The notes below the pieces were generated by a model, which saw only the letters and a list, made by a program, of their open reading frames with translations, did no database searches and had not been told where the DNA came from. A stretch of 64,000 nt of DNA from assembly GCF_009834535.1 (NCBI RefSeq), contig NC_045696.1, positions 104,472,001 through 104,536,000 of the forward strand, read 5' to 3'. Made by a program: the position numbers and the translations under genes. Source of the stretch: Camelus ferus. Taxonomy: Eukaryota. Positions 12,901-25,395 of the stretch are shown one piece after another (position 1 is the first letter of the stretch; the number at the start of each line of letters is the position of its first letter).

Positions 12901-14009
12901 TCTCGCAGGAGAATGCTCCCCAGGGCCCCCAAACTAGGGGGCCATGGGCTCCTGGGGCTCCTGGGGCAGGGTCATTTGTGTCTTTCTTCTCTTGCCCTGG
13001 TGAGAAGTTACAGGTTCTGGCTCAGAAAAGGCACTGGTCAGCAGGCTGGATCTCACTTCCGCTCCCTATGCTCCTGGCGATTTTTCAGAGACGCCTTCTT
13101 TCCCTTGTCAGAGCTTGGGGCGCCTGTCCTCTTGCCGGTCCATTAAGGCTTTCACATCAGCTGTGTCTTCCAATCCGTGAACACGCTAGAAAACATCAGC
13201 GGGTCCCCCTCCCAGCACCAGCAAGTCCAAAGGGAAGATCATTAGAATTCGTGATGCTGAGTCAACCATATCCAGATAATATTAAAGTCGGGAGGGGCTG
13301 CCAATTAATAAACCTTTCCTGTGTGAGCTGGCAGCTGGGCCTTCTCCTCCGCTCCTGTCTGGGTTTGCACATGACTTAACCGCAGGCTTGAGGGATTTGC
13401 ATTAGCAGATCATAAGTAAATACCTCATTAAAACAACAATCTCCTCATTGTTACGATCCCTTTTCAAGAGGTGCACTGGATTGCCGGGGCATTTCTTGGG
13501 GTTGCCCGGAAATGGATTTTGGAAATGGATTTACCCGGCAGACCGTGTGCCCTGGCAAAGGCCTTCTGAGGTGTGGGGCAGAGGGGTGGGGCTTTGGAGG
13601 CACGCAGCTCCTCTGTGACAACCGTCACACCCCCGGGGCACACACCTGAAGTGCGATGTGGTGCCATCCCTGCCTGTCAGGCCCTAGTTTCTCTGCATGC
13701 AAGCCATATCTGTCAGGTGCTAGATCTGCTGGCTGTGCAGAGAGGAAGGGGGAGACCCTGATTCACTCTCAGTCCCTGCTACTGGCCCCATCTAAGCAGC
13801 CTGGTCCCATTTGCTTAAATGATGCATTTTATGAACATCATACTAGCATTCCTTACATTTATATCACTAAAATTCTCAGTCTTCTATTGTGTAACAAAAC
13901 GCTTTGATTGTGGCCCATTCTTCTGGGAATAAATTACCAACTCAATAACATGCTGTAAAAAGCTTCCTGGTATTTAATTCCTACCTGCTCCTCTACACTG
14001 GGGTCCTAA

Positions 14010-15053
14010 CACCTGCTAAAACCATATACAAGCTCCTGAGTCCCTGTCTTTGGAAGCAGAAGACTTTCACTTTAGTCTCCTTCGCCTCCTGAGTCTCAAA
14101 AAGGTTGGCTCAAGAGTGAATGATTAGGAGTAAACCAGAAAGAGAAAGAAAAATACCATATGATAATACCATATATGTGGAATCTAAAAAAAAAAAAAAA
14201 AGAAAGATAAAAAGGATACTATGAACTCATCTACAAAACAGAAATAGACTTGCAGACATAGTAAACAATCTTATGGTTACTGGGGAAAAGGGGTGGGAAA
14301 GGATAAATTTGGGAGCTTGAGATTTGCAAATGCCAGCCACTATGTATAAAAATAGATAAAAACCAAATTGCTTCTGTATAGCACAGGGAACTATATTCAA
14401 TATCTTATAGTAACCTTTAATAAAAAAGAATATGAAAACGAATATATACATGTATATGTATATGTATGACTGGGACATTGCGCTGTTCACCAGAAATTGA
14501 CACACTGTAACTGACAATACTTGAATTAAAAATTTTTTTTTTTTAAAGAGTGAATGATCAGGGAAGGTGAAGATGTAGAAACAAAGACTAGCGATTGGCC
14601 TGGGAAACTGGGAACAATTGAGACTCTGAACCAGCCACAGAGCATAGTCACCGAACTCCCAGTTTCCTGAAAGACCTAGATAAAAGTCTGACACACATTC
14701 CTAAATTGCTTTTACAGGAGTCAGATCCCCCAGATGAAAACTGCTGACCAAAAGCATGCAGACCCCAGACTGGTTGAAACCAGAAGATTGGTGATACTTG
14801 AAATTTCACCTTGAGGCAAACCAACCTGAAAATTGTGCACAAGCTGATCACGCATCCTAAAGACCCCTCCCCCTGCCTTTAAAAACCTTTCCCTGAAAGC
14901 CTTCCAGGGGTTCAGGTCTTTTGAGCATGAACTGCCCATTCTCCTGTTTGGTGCCCTGCAATAAACGCTGCACTTTCTTTCACCACAACCAGGTGTCAGT
15001 AGACTGGCCTTACTGCACGTGGGTGAGTGGACCCAAGTCCATGCTCAGTAACA
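14010..15053 (+). mobile_element. ERV1-type solo LTR (5' boundary approximate) hosting the L1
   Basis: TATA-like tttaaaaacc, AATAAA at ~14960, ends ggacccaagtccatgctcagtAACA. Confidence 0.7.
14129..14545 (+). mobile_element. 5'-truncated young L1 (end of ORF2 plus 3' UTR) inserted in an LTR
   Basis: Typical L1 3' UTR (gtatagcacagggaactatattcaatatc...); 17-bp TSD aagagtgaatgattagg (14112-14128) / aagagtgaatgatcagg (14546-14562). Confidence 0.9.
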
Positions 15054-15854
15054 CTGTCGAAGTCTTCCCTTTCCACACCATCTTGTGCCCTGACACACGG
15101 AAAGCTGACAGTCCCTTGAAGATGGCCCTCCTGCCCGTTCTCTGCCTGCTTGGCTGCCTGGCTCCACACCTCCGGGCCCTCTCATCCCCTCCCAGAGGCT
15201 CTCCCAGGCCCTTACCCTTCGGCCTATGGCAGGTGGCCCTGGAATGGGCTCCCACTGCCTCCACCCGACCCCCCACCTTCTGCCCCAACACATATCACAT
15301 AGGATTGTACATATCACATAGGATTGTCTGTCTATGTGTTTGTCTGTCCCATGATTGCAGATACGCCCAGAGAGCAGAGGTTTTATCTTAGCTGCTGATC
15401 CCTGGTACCCAGCACAGAGCTTTGCACATAGTTTGTGATCAGGATAAATGAGGTTCAAGTTGTGGTCAGGATAAATGAGGTTCCATCAGGCAGTATGTAT
15501 ACAGAATATGTATTATGCTTCTGGAATCCCTGAAGTGGGCCAGGAATTTTAATACACACCGTACATTAGACTGGCTTGAGCCCTTTCTGGCCAAGGCCAG
15601 AAAGTTTTGTAATAGTTACAAAGGTACTGGTGGTAAATTCAGCAAGATCTTTGCTATAATACAAGAAGATCAAAGCTGAACGTTTGAGATCCAGAGAGTA
15701 AAAAAATGACAAAATTTTAGAATTTTAAAAATGCTCCCTAAAAATGAATCAAAAGATCAATTAATCACCAGGAGGTCTTAAAAGATCTCTGATTTTTCTT
15801 CTCTTCTTCCTTTTTTTCCCTTGCTCACTTCATCTCTCCTTTCTTTTGATCTCA

Positions 15855-16115
15855 GCACCCGTTCATTGTCATGCAAACATTTACTGGGTACCAACTGTGT
15901 GCCCAGGACTGTCATGTGCATTGAGGAGTTGGAGAAAGTAGGACCCAGTCCTGCCCTCCAGGACCTCAGCACAAAGTGAGCAGGAAGGCAGGACAAATGG
16001 GTAACCAGGGTACAGTAAGTATTGGGATGGACTCTGCATGGAGTGTGGGGAGCACAGGGGAGAGGCAGACTACTCAGGGAGTGATCCAGGATGGTTTCCT
16101 GAAGGAGGAGGCTTT
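15855..16115 (-). mobile_element. L2 3' end
   Basis: cattgtcatgcaaacatttactgggtaccaactgtgtgcccagg...gtcctgccctccaggacctcag. Other L2 pieces at ~6850-7110, 27385-27600, 33850-34120, 42640-42870, 47300-47490. Confidence 0.7.
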
Positions 16116-16389
16116 ATCAGGTATCCCCAGTTTGGGGATTAAGTGATTTATACCCGAGAAACTTCTGGTTAAGTTTCTGTCTACACAGGAAGCTGAATAG
16201 GGGACAGAGGAATCTGGGCTGCCCTATATATACCACTGGATTGCTAGCATGAATGTGGTGGAGGTTTCCTACATCCTAGCCCCTGTGGCTCCTTCCAGAA
16301 GGAGGGCAACTGTCCAAGTGAGCTGGCGCTTCTGATCATCAACAGGCAGCCTTTACAATTTTTAAAACTTAATTCCTTTAGTAGAGGAA

Positions 16390-16743
16390 TGCTATAGACT
16401 GAATTATGTCCCCACAAAACGCTCATGTTGAAGCCCTAACCCCAACAAGGCTCTATTTGGAGACAGGGCCTCTAGGAGGTAATGAAGGTTAAATGAGGTC
16501 CTAAGGGTGAGGCCCTAACCCAATAGGGCTTGTGCCTTATAAGAAGAGAAAAAGGCACCCAAGCTCGCTCTCTCCATCACGTGAGGACACAGTGAGAAGG
16601 CCGATGTCTACAGCCAGGAACAGGGCCCTCACTGGGGGCTGGAATTGGCCAGCACCCTGATCTTGGATTCCCAGCCTCTAGAACTGTGGGAAATAAATGT
16701 CTCTTGTTTAAGCCACTTGGTTATGGCAAACCAAGCTAAGACA
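16390..16743 (+). mobile_element. MaLR LTR, MLT1A-like
   Basis: TGCTATAGACTGAATTATGTCCCC...AAGCTAAGACA; perfect 5-bp TSD aggaa on both sides. Confidence 0.88.
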
Positions 16744-18917
16744 AGGAAGACAGGGCTTAAACAAAGTGAAGATGTGACAATTTCATAAAGTTTCATTTAT
16801 GAAGACCATAAACATTTTGCTTGTTGCATAATTCCTGATCTCTAAATTAAAATTTTTCAATTTAAAGATGAAACCATTTCAAATTTTCATTAGCACGCTC
16901 GCCAAAGATGCAGCATAGCATAATGGAAAAGGCAGGTCCTAGGCATGATTTGCTGTGTGATCGTGTGTAAGTTACTGGGCCGTGGTCTCCGGCTTCATAT
17001 CATCCACCAGGCAGGACTGGGGCTGAGGGGAGGGTGAGCCCACTCACACAGCCTGCCTGGCACAGAGCAGGCATCCAGGAATGGTAGTAAATGAGACCAG
17101 AGTAGTTTGGAAGGCACTCAGTGACTCTCAGTCCCTCCTTAAATTCACCACGTTGGGAACAGATTTCAGAAGCCATAGATTCACTGTATCTTTATCTGCA
17201 GAACCAGAATTCCTTCTTCCCCTCTTTTACATTCCAAACCCTGTGACTTCATTTGCCTGCATCACTGCTTCTCAATCCCATCTTAGAAAATGCTGCAGGG
17301 CATCTATAAGGATCTCAGCCAGTGTCGCAATGTTTTTATTAAAAACCCACACACTCTGGAATTTATTTTAATTTACCTCAATTCATGTTATATATTTTAA
17401 AACATCCCATCTAAGCCATATGGCACTTTAAAAGGTAGCTGAAAGATTGCTGGGAAATCAAAGAAACAATGTCAAGATAACATAATTTCTGCAAGACCCA
17501 GAATTCCTAATTCAGAGGAACATATATTAATCTGGATGCCACGTTTCCCAAACCCCAGGGTCCATGAGGGTCAGATTTACTGGGAACGGACTAGGCAGTT
17601 GCCCCTAGGCTTCCTCAAACACCTTTCCCATCAGCCTGGCTTCCTAGACCTTGTCACATTGCCTGATGTTCCACCATTGAGACATTCCCTGAGGTTAATG
17701 AATCTCTCTTTTAAAGAGCACATGTCTATTCTTCTGCATGGAGGAAAGAGGGTAGCAATCATTCTCAACTCAGCGGAAATGAGTTCGTTCTGGCAAGCTT
17801 CCAGTAACACATGCTGAGATCAACCCTACTGGGGGCCTGGGGGCTTAAGTGGTAAAGGGGGATGGTGGGGTAGACACAGGTAATGGGCAGAGAGAAGGGA
17901 AAAGATTGTGAAATATTCAGCTCTAGATGAGGTGAGGCAGGTAGCACACACAGGGGCTCTTGGAGAGAGAAAAGAAGACTGAGGGTCCTAGAAGCTCTCA
18001 GAATATGGATTGGGTAGAAAGAAAACAAAAAGAGATGCTGGGGCCCCAAGCAGTAGAATGAGCATCGCTTCATCTGCCTCATTAAGCAGGACCCGTTCTC
18101 CAACTCTCTTCTCTGCCTGCTGCTGCTCTCCCTTTAGAAAACGTAAAACCACTGAACAAAATTGGCGCAGCCCTCCTCAAATCTAAGCAGGGGCCAACCC
18201 TAGGCTTGCTGCACTGATGCTTCTTCAGTGGCACAGCCACCCAGAGAAGTGCCACCTCCCCACAATCTCAGCGCAGCACAGCTCTCGAAACAGACACTTC
18301 AAAGCTTTTGATTCAGACTAGACACTTCATCTGTCATTGACAAGTGCGACACAGTGGCCCTTGTGATCACAAGCCATGATGCTCTGGAGTGAGTCATAGA
18401 TTTTCCCACTTCGGAAAAGAGCAGGCACTGCTCACAGGGCACTGGGTCACTGTTGACTTCAAAGTCCTCGGGCCCCTGTTCTCAATCTGTGTCACCAAAA
18501 GAGAGGCTGCACTGTCACCCAAAGGAGATAGTAGGGCCTCAGAGAGAAGACACGGAGCATTTATGACATAAAGATCATAAACTGGGGCAGGGGATCAGAG
18601 GGTCGTTTTCCCAGCAGCTCCACGTGGAGCAAGTCGACCAAATGCATGCAGGCTGGCAGGTCCACTGATGGGGGTAGCATCCCAGCAGGGAAGCATGGCC
18701 CTCCCCACCTTCTACTGGGCTTTAAGGAGGCAGTGTCCATCCTGACTTTAAGATGCTGTGTGTCTCCCTGAGCTGATTTTCCCCTAAACCAGTAAGTGAC
18801 CAGAACCTTGAGGTGTCCACCCACTGCCATGACCACTGGACCACACGCCCATCACTGCACCACACCCCCATCACTGCACGGAGGTGAGCGGCGGCAGGCG
18901 CGCGGTAGGGTTCCTAC

Positions 18918-19039
18918 CTGGTCCAGCTTCCAGTGGAACTCCGCAGGGCGGAAGGTGTCAGCCTGGTCGAAATCCTTGCGCAAGAGAAAGACGAGGCGGC
19001 AGTTGTGCACGTACAGGGCATAGTGATGCCGGTTCATTT
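18918..19039 (-). CDS. CLSTN2: Calsyntenin-2 internal coding exon (probably exon 8; LNS domain)
   Basis: ctctgcttttcag|AAATGAACCGG...CTGGACCAG|gtagga. 122 nt, phase 1-0. (E)MNRHHYALYVHNCRLVFLLRKDFDQADTFRPAEFHWKLDQ, in frame with the preceding exon. Confidence 0.97.
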
Positions 19040-19329
19040 CTGAAAAGCAGAGAGAAAATTTGAAGGGAGGCAGAATCCCTTTGCCAGTCTCCACCAGAAG
19101 AGACTTCCCACTCCATCATGTTGTGCATCTCAAAGGCCAAACAGGCATTCTAGTTTCCTCTTTTACAACTGGATCTAATGAATGTTCTAGAACACTCATG
19201 GTGGAGCTCTCTGAAATGGAAGAGGATGATTCAAGAAAGTTCAAAGAAAAACTTCTGCTGAGAAGCCATCTGGGCTTTAAATACCAACCTAACTTAGATA
19301 CTGCATCAGGCCCTGGTTCGCAGGCTCTT

Positions 19330-19370
19330 TGTGTGTGCGTGTGTGTGCGTGTGTGTGCGCGTGCATATGC
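19330..19370 (+). repeat. (GT/GC)n tract
   Basis: tgtgtgtgcgtgtgtgtgcgtgtgtgtgcgcgtgcatatgc. Confidence 0.9.
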
Positions 19371-20249
19371 TTCTGGGAGGGTCAAGGGGCCTCTCTGACA
19401 ATCACATCAGCCACTTTAGGTCCTGTAACATAGTTGGCTTCTCCCAGAGTTCTGGACTTTTATTTCATCAGGCTTGACAGTGATAACCACAAAGCACATT
19501 TCCTTCTTTACCTAATCTGTGTTCAGCTGAGGGGAGCTGCCTTACTTTTAGTTGCTGGGAGGAGGGGACAAATTGATTTTTTTCAGCATTGGATATAGCT
19601 CCCTGACTTTCCAAAGTAAGGAATAAATACCTCTTTCCCCGTGCACAGACAACAGATGGGGACTTTTTCTCCCCTTATTAAAAAAAAAAACAAAACCCAA
19701 ACCAAAGAAACAAAAATTGCCTTTCCTACTTAGAAAATCTCATAGGTCCCAATCATGATGTCCTGTAAGCACAAGACAGCAGCCACTGGGAGGGGAGGAG
19801 CAGTTAGTTGACCAGTACCCAGAGAAGTCACGTTGAATACACAGTAGCACACAGCGAAATCTAACACGAAGCACATGTTCCATAAATATTGGGTGAATGA
19901 GCCGGTGACCAGGTACAGCAGAAAGAGCATGGGCCCTAGATCCAGACAGACTTGGATGCTGAGCGCTGTATCTCTGGATGATGCTGGGAAAGTTATTTCG
20001 CCTCTCAGCCTCCTGAACTGCATCATGACGAGGATGCTGGATTATCCTAATATCTCATGAGAATGGGATATTGTGACTAAGTCTTGTATGTTTTGCACAA
20101 ACCTTGCTCGTGAGTGGGAGGGATCAACACCAATCCCACTTCGAGGCACGGGCTCTGATTGGCTTCGGCCAAATAGGCTCACGTAAACCCTCCTGCCACA
20201 GTGACTGGTTTGGGACCCAGGCCCGAGCCCAGCAGTGCAGGCCATTCTG

Positions 20250-20641
20250 GCCTTGGGCCTTCTGCCAAGAAAGTGACTCAGTTCAGGCCGATGACTCTGG
20301 AGCTTTTCTGAATGGTTCTGGGGAAGAACTCTATTTCAGCAGGAAGCAAATAGAAGAGACTCCCCCCTCTCTCTAGAAGCTGTAGTATATAACTGGGAGC
20401 CGCTGCAGTCATATTTACTAACATGAAACTGATATAATATATATATATGGTGGCAGATCTGAAAAATTGTAGAGAAAAGGCTCTAAGACCTTGATCACTC
20501 TTTACCTGGAGCTGTCATAGCTCTGGACATTTTTAGTTATAAGAACCCCACATTCCCTTTATTATTTTTGTTCTAATCATCTGATATCAGTTTGATCTGT
20601 ATTTCCTGTTCCTTGTAACTGAAAGCATCTTAATTGATACA
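20250..20641 (+). mobile_element. Old MaLR LTR (MLT1J/K-like)
   Basis: gggagccgctgcagtcatattt...tttcctgttccttgtaactgaaagcatcttaattgataca. Confidence 0.55.
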
Positions 20642-21077
20642 ATGAGGAAATGTGTGTAAAGCATCTGCCCAGAGCAGATGCTCAACGACTGTTAGTTATT
20701 ATAAGGACTATTACACTGCCTCGTGACCATGACAACATAACAAAGTAGTGTCAGATGCTGTTTTCACAAAAGCATCATGTTCTTCAAGATGCAAGGAAAA
20801 GATGGAAGGAAGGAGAGTGGTCAGTTGCCAAGTATGGCAGGGTTGGCCAAGGCCAATGTTCAGGTGACCACTCAGCCTTTGCATTGATGAAACACCCGGG
20901 TCTGGTTATGGAGGTTTTGCTAAATATTTCCAGTCTCCCTCACTATTGCCTAATTGATTCCCTATAGTTTCTGTTGATAACTGTCAGGAAGATATAGAGA
21001 GAAGACTTCTCCCTTTTAGTTTCCTTTGGAGTCAGGAGAAGTTGTGGTGAGGAGGCAGAGGAAGAATGAAAGGACAA

Positions 21078-21214
21078 GGGGGGAGGGTATAGCTCAAGTT
21101 GTAGAGGGCATGCTTAGCATGCATGAGGTCCTGGGTTCAATCCCCAGTACCTCTTCTAAGAATAAATCAATGAATACACCTTAATACCTCCCCCTACCAA
21201 AAAAAAAAAAAAAA
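21078..21214 (+). mobile_element. tRNA-derived camelid SINE (Vic-1-like)
   Basis: GGGGGGAGGGTATAGCTCAAGTTGTAGAG (A box)...GGTTCAATCCCC (B box), tail ending in an A-run; imperfect TSD agaatgaaaggaca/agaatgagaagaca. Confidence 0.88.
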
Positions 21215-22879
21215 TAGAATGAGAAGACAGACCTCATGAGACATCTTGAGCATCTTCTGGCCTCCCTCCCCTGTCTTCTGTTAGCTGGATGCCTGTGGTC
21301 ATCACCCACACCAGAGTAACTGGTTCCTCATTGGGCTGGTGACACGATACGCTCAGGAATCAGCTCCGCTTCTTTTCCTGTCCTTCAGTGTTGTCCCTGG
21401 CAGCTCCCCTCTCTCTCTTAGCCCAAGTCTCTGGCAGATTCTAAAGTCTTCCGGTCACTTGCAGATATTAAACTAGTCTGGAAGGGTTCTCCCCAAATTA
21501 AATACTAGTGTCTTATCAGTTAAAAGATCTCCCCTCTTCTCCACTCAGCCTTGACCCATGGCTTGGTGGCCACTGGTGGAGAAAGGATGAGGAAGGTTTG
21601 TTCTTTACTCCTTTCGTTCCTCAGTCTCACCCCCCAACCTCCTCCCAGCTCCAGTCATGGTCAGAGGCAGAGGAAGGCAGATAAGAAGAAAAGAGCCATT
21701 AGAGTTTGTCATTTTCCCAGGAATGTCAAATGTCCTCTGCCACAGTGGTGTCTATGTACAGGCTCCTTCATGAGTGCATTGGCTGACTTTTGGAGAGGCT
21801 CTGCAGAGACCACTCATGGCCACAGAAATGGGTCTGGGCCCTTGTAAAATATATTTTCAGCCCTTTCCTCCTCCCCTTACCACCCTCAACCCCCGCACCC
21901 TCAGTAAAAAAGGATCTGTTATAATCTTTACATAGGAATTGATCTGATAAGTGACACAGTCCCTTTCAGGATGGCTGGGACATGTGCCAGCTCCAGTCCC
22001 ACGTGGTTGGCTCTTGCCCCTCCACACATCGTGTGAATGATTTTTTTACTAGTCGGCATTTCACGTTTCCCTTCAGCTCCTGCTTTCTCAGTAATTTCTC
22101 TTCCCCTACATCTGCTTCTCCTGCCAGGTCCCCCCTTCCTGGCATGCAGCCCTCTTGGCTCTAACCTTGACCATTTCTGAACACCCATTTGATTCACAGG
22201 AATAAGAATGGAAACAACTGTGTTCTGCCAAACTGTAGTAGGGCACCCCTTCCCCCTGCCGCCCCCTCCCCTCACCCCACCATTGAGGCAGCCCCCATCA
22301 GCCTCTTGGCTTCAGACTCACTGGGCAAGAGTCAGGCCCAGCTTTCACGTACCCTAAACTCCTGGGACATAAGTCAGACCTCCCCAGAACTCTCCTGCAC
22401 CAGTCTGGAGCGGATCTAAGAGTGTTTGCAGCTCAGCCCACAGGCAGCTGGGAGTGAGGTTCCCACCTCCTCTCTACCTCAGACAACCTCAGTCCCTCTG
22501 AGTGGTCTTCCGGGCAGCTCTGGAACCGTGGGAGCACCCCCTCCTTTCCCAGCAGGCTGGGGGACCAGGCTGGCACCTCTGCCTTTATCACTTGGTGGTT
22601 GCTGGACCAGGCTGGCCCCTTTCTCTTGGAAATCACTGTATCAAAGTAGCTAGCACTGCACGTGGTACGTACCATTCAGTGCTCTCAGATGAAACTCAGA
22701 GATCGCAAGAGGGCTGTGTGCCAGGAAGTGGGGATCCCACAGGAGGAACAGATGTGTGTGGGGAGAGGAGTTTCTGAGAGTGGGCAGGAAGGAACATCAC
22801 TCACACCAGGAAAGAAGAGATAAGGGCTAACAAAGGTGGGCTTGGAGGGGGCACAAGTGCCCCATGCAGCATCCTTGCG

Positions 22880-23345
22880 GTAGAGCCATCGCTATGTTTA
22901 TGTTGGTTATGTTCACCTAACCTTGTTTCCTTTGCTCCTAGACACACAGCTTAACTCATATCACTGTTTCCCTCATGGTTAGGTGGGGACTAGTGATCAA
23001 ATTCTGGCCAAAAAGGTGTGACTGGGTGAGGCATGGAGCTTTCTGGTCTAGCTAATAAAACCCTTCAGTGTTCAAGTGTCTATTCTAACTTTTGTTCTGT
23101 GGTTGAAAATGGCAGCGACAAATGATGGAAGGATCTTGGGTCCCTGAACGTCTAAGCAAAGCTGAGCATCCTTATCCCGTAGCCCCACCTGGGGCTGCCA
23201 GACAATGGCACGTGAAAAAAAAAAAAAAACAAAAAAACTGATGAAAGAGTGTTAGTCACCGAGACAGTTTTTTGTGGTGGTGGTGGTGATAGTGGCTTTC
23301 TTTCTTACTTTTTTTTAAAACTACAATTAGCCCTTGATGGCTAAT
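22880..23345 (+). mobile_element. Old MaLR LTR (MLT1G/H-like)
   Basis: gttaggtggggactagtgatcaaattctggcca..., gatggaaggatcttgggtccctgaa. Confidence 0.6.
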
Positions 23346-23429
23346 CAATTCTGTTATCCAACTATTTATAAATTACTTCATAAGAGGCCAGCATTGGTAA
23401 GTTTTACTTAGTGGACAAGACCAAAACCA

Positions 23430-24015
23430 GTGCAATCTTTACCAAGGGCGATTTGGTAATAGCCAATCAACAGCCTTCCTAACATTTATATTCTTTGACG
23501 CAGTAACTCAGCTTCTGGTCAGGAAATAATCAGAAATATCCATACAAGAATGCCTACTAGGTGTTTACAAGACTGCCTATTGCAGCATTGTTTCATTTGC
23601 ATTTAAAAGGAGACAATCTAAATGCCTAACAAAAGTGAGCCAGTTAAATAAAGGATAATAAAGTCTCATGACAAAAGACGGTCACGTAATTCATATTTTT
23701 AAGAGTATTTTATCACATAGAGAAATGATCTGGATACATGTAATGTTACTTAACAGAAACATAACAATAGTATCACATGTGTCATAAACAATAGATTAAA
23801 ATTGTAAGGACAATCTACATACACATGGAAATAAAAATAAGATTTCTTTTTTTTTTTTAAATAAGATTTCATTCGGTAGTGAAATACACAAACTGTTATC
23901 AGAAAATATCTCCAAATATTAGGATTTTAGGTGGTGTGTGTATTCTTTTATTTCTTTGTGTGTTTTTTAGGTTGCCTGCTTTAAACACGGGTTGCTTTTA
24001 TAACTTGAAAAAAAT
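23430..24015 (+). mobile_element. Old L1ME fragment
   Basis: agggcgatttggtaatag...tttgacgcagtaactcagcttctgg...attgcagcattgttt. Confidence 0.6.
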
Positions 24016-24287
24016 GTTTCTGATATATAAAAGCCCTAATTAAGCTTTAACTTATTCCTGATAATTTTTTATTTAGGATAAGGAGATATTTATAGGTATT
24101 TTTTTTTAAGTCAGAGGAATTAGAGAAAAATCTTCCCCATCTTTTTTTGTGCCAATGCTGAGCCGATTTGCAAGTGTTACTTTATGCTGAGGCCAAAGTG
24201 CAACAGAGCCAGGTCTTGCTAGTTTCAGGTGCCCAGGTTGGTGTTGGGGGCGCTGTTCTGATGGAAGTGAGGCATCATCGTCTAAGG

Positions 24288-24425
24288 TGGAGTTTTCAGC
24301 CGTGACTGCACAAAAGAATCCCCCAGACTCTGACTTACTGAGCTGGGGCGGGGCACTGGCATCTGGGCATTTTCACAGGGTCACCACGTTGTTCTAGTGC
24401 ACAGCAGGGTTCAAAGCCGCTGATC
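24288..24425. mobile_element. MER5A-like hAT MITE
   Basis: aagaatccccc...ctggggcggggcactggcatctgggcattttc...ttctagtgcacagcagggttcaaagccgctg. Confidence 0.6.
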
Positions 24426-25374
24426 CAGTAGCACGAGCCTGGAATGCGAGCTAGAGGACTAAGCCTGGAATGCGGGCTAGAGGACCTGGCCTGTTTCTTT
24501 GGTAATCGCTTGTGTTTTCCTGGGCCAGTCGGTCAATCTTTCACATTCTAATTTCCTCCTCTGTAAGACGGAACCTTTATATTGGTCTGACCTGCCTCCC
24601 AGGGGTATTTGATACATTTCCGAAAGGACTACATGTGTGTGACCGCTAACACCAGCTGGGGCCGCTTTGCGTTTTCGTATGTTTGCTGCTAAGCCTTGTC
24701 TCCTTGATGCTGGCTCTTGGATCACGATGGGAGCGTCCCGCCAGGCACTGCAAAGATGGAGCCACAGAGTGATTTCTGGGGTCCTGGACTGAGCTCTGAA
24801 CCCAGTCCCAAACCTCAGGGAGGTCTGCAGGGTCCTTCCTGTATGAAGGACCCAGGAAATCAATCCTTGGCCCTGGCTCTGACATAGACTTGCCGTGTGA
24901 CTAGGAAAAGCAAGGCAATTCCCTCTGTCTCGGTTTCTACATCCGGAAAATACATTAACATTTATTTCAAAGATTGATTGAAACAGGAGGATAATGTGGA
25001 ATAAAACCAGGAATAATAATAATAACAACATCGGGTAGATTAGTGGAGCATTGGTTTTATATCTGATGCTAAGTGATTTCATACATTATTTCATGTGTAT
25101 TTCCCCCATTTTATATATGGGGAAACTGAGTCTCAGTGAGATTAGCAATTCCTCCAAAGCCACATCTTAAATAGTGGCAAAGCGGAGATGCGAACTTCGG
25201 CTGTCCAGCAGCGGAGCTGAGCCGTCAGCCTTTCTTCTATCCTGTCTTCTCACTGCAGTATCTGCTGTGGTGATCATTTATTTGGAGGTTTAACAAGAGT
25301 AGCATTTGAAATGGGAAATTGTGGAATTATAATTTAAGAGAATTGTAAAAATCTGCATAAGATGTCAGAGTATT

Positions 25375-25395
25375 TGTGTGTGTGTGTGTGTGTGT
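25375..25395 (+). repeat. (TG)n microsatellite
   Basis: tgtgtgtg run. Confidence 0.9.

Noticed and set aside
14227..14694. 155-aa hydrophobic ORF
   Set aside because: Antisense read of an L1 3' UTR and LTR.
15290..15483. Short direct repeats as a CRISPR-like array
   Set aside because: Only two copies each, no unique spacers, eukaryotic intron.
21078..21155. tRNA-like sequence as a tRNA gene
   Set aside because: Followed by SINE tail, poly(A) and TSD; it is a SINE head.
21240..21900. Possible ancient LTR (Gypsy-like) segment
   Set aside because: Could not establish termini or family from sequence alone.
24477..25082. Longest ORF in the track (201 aa) with a signal-peptide-like LLLLLF stretch
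   Set aside because: The hydrophobic run comes from an (AAT)n repeat and the ORF crosses MIR sequence; no homology recognised.
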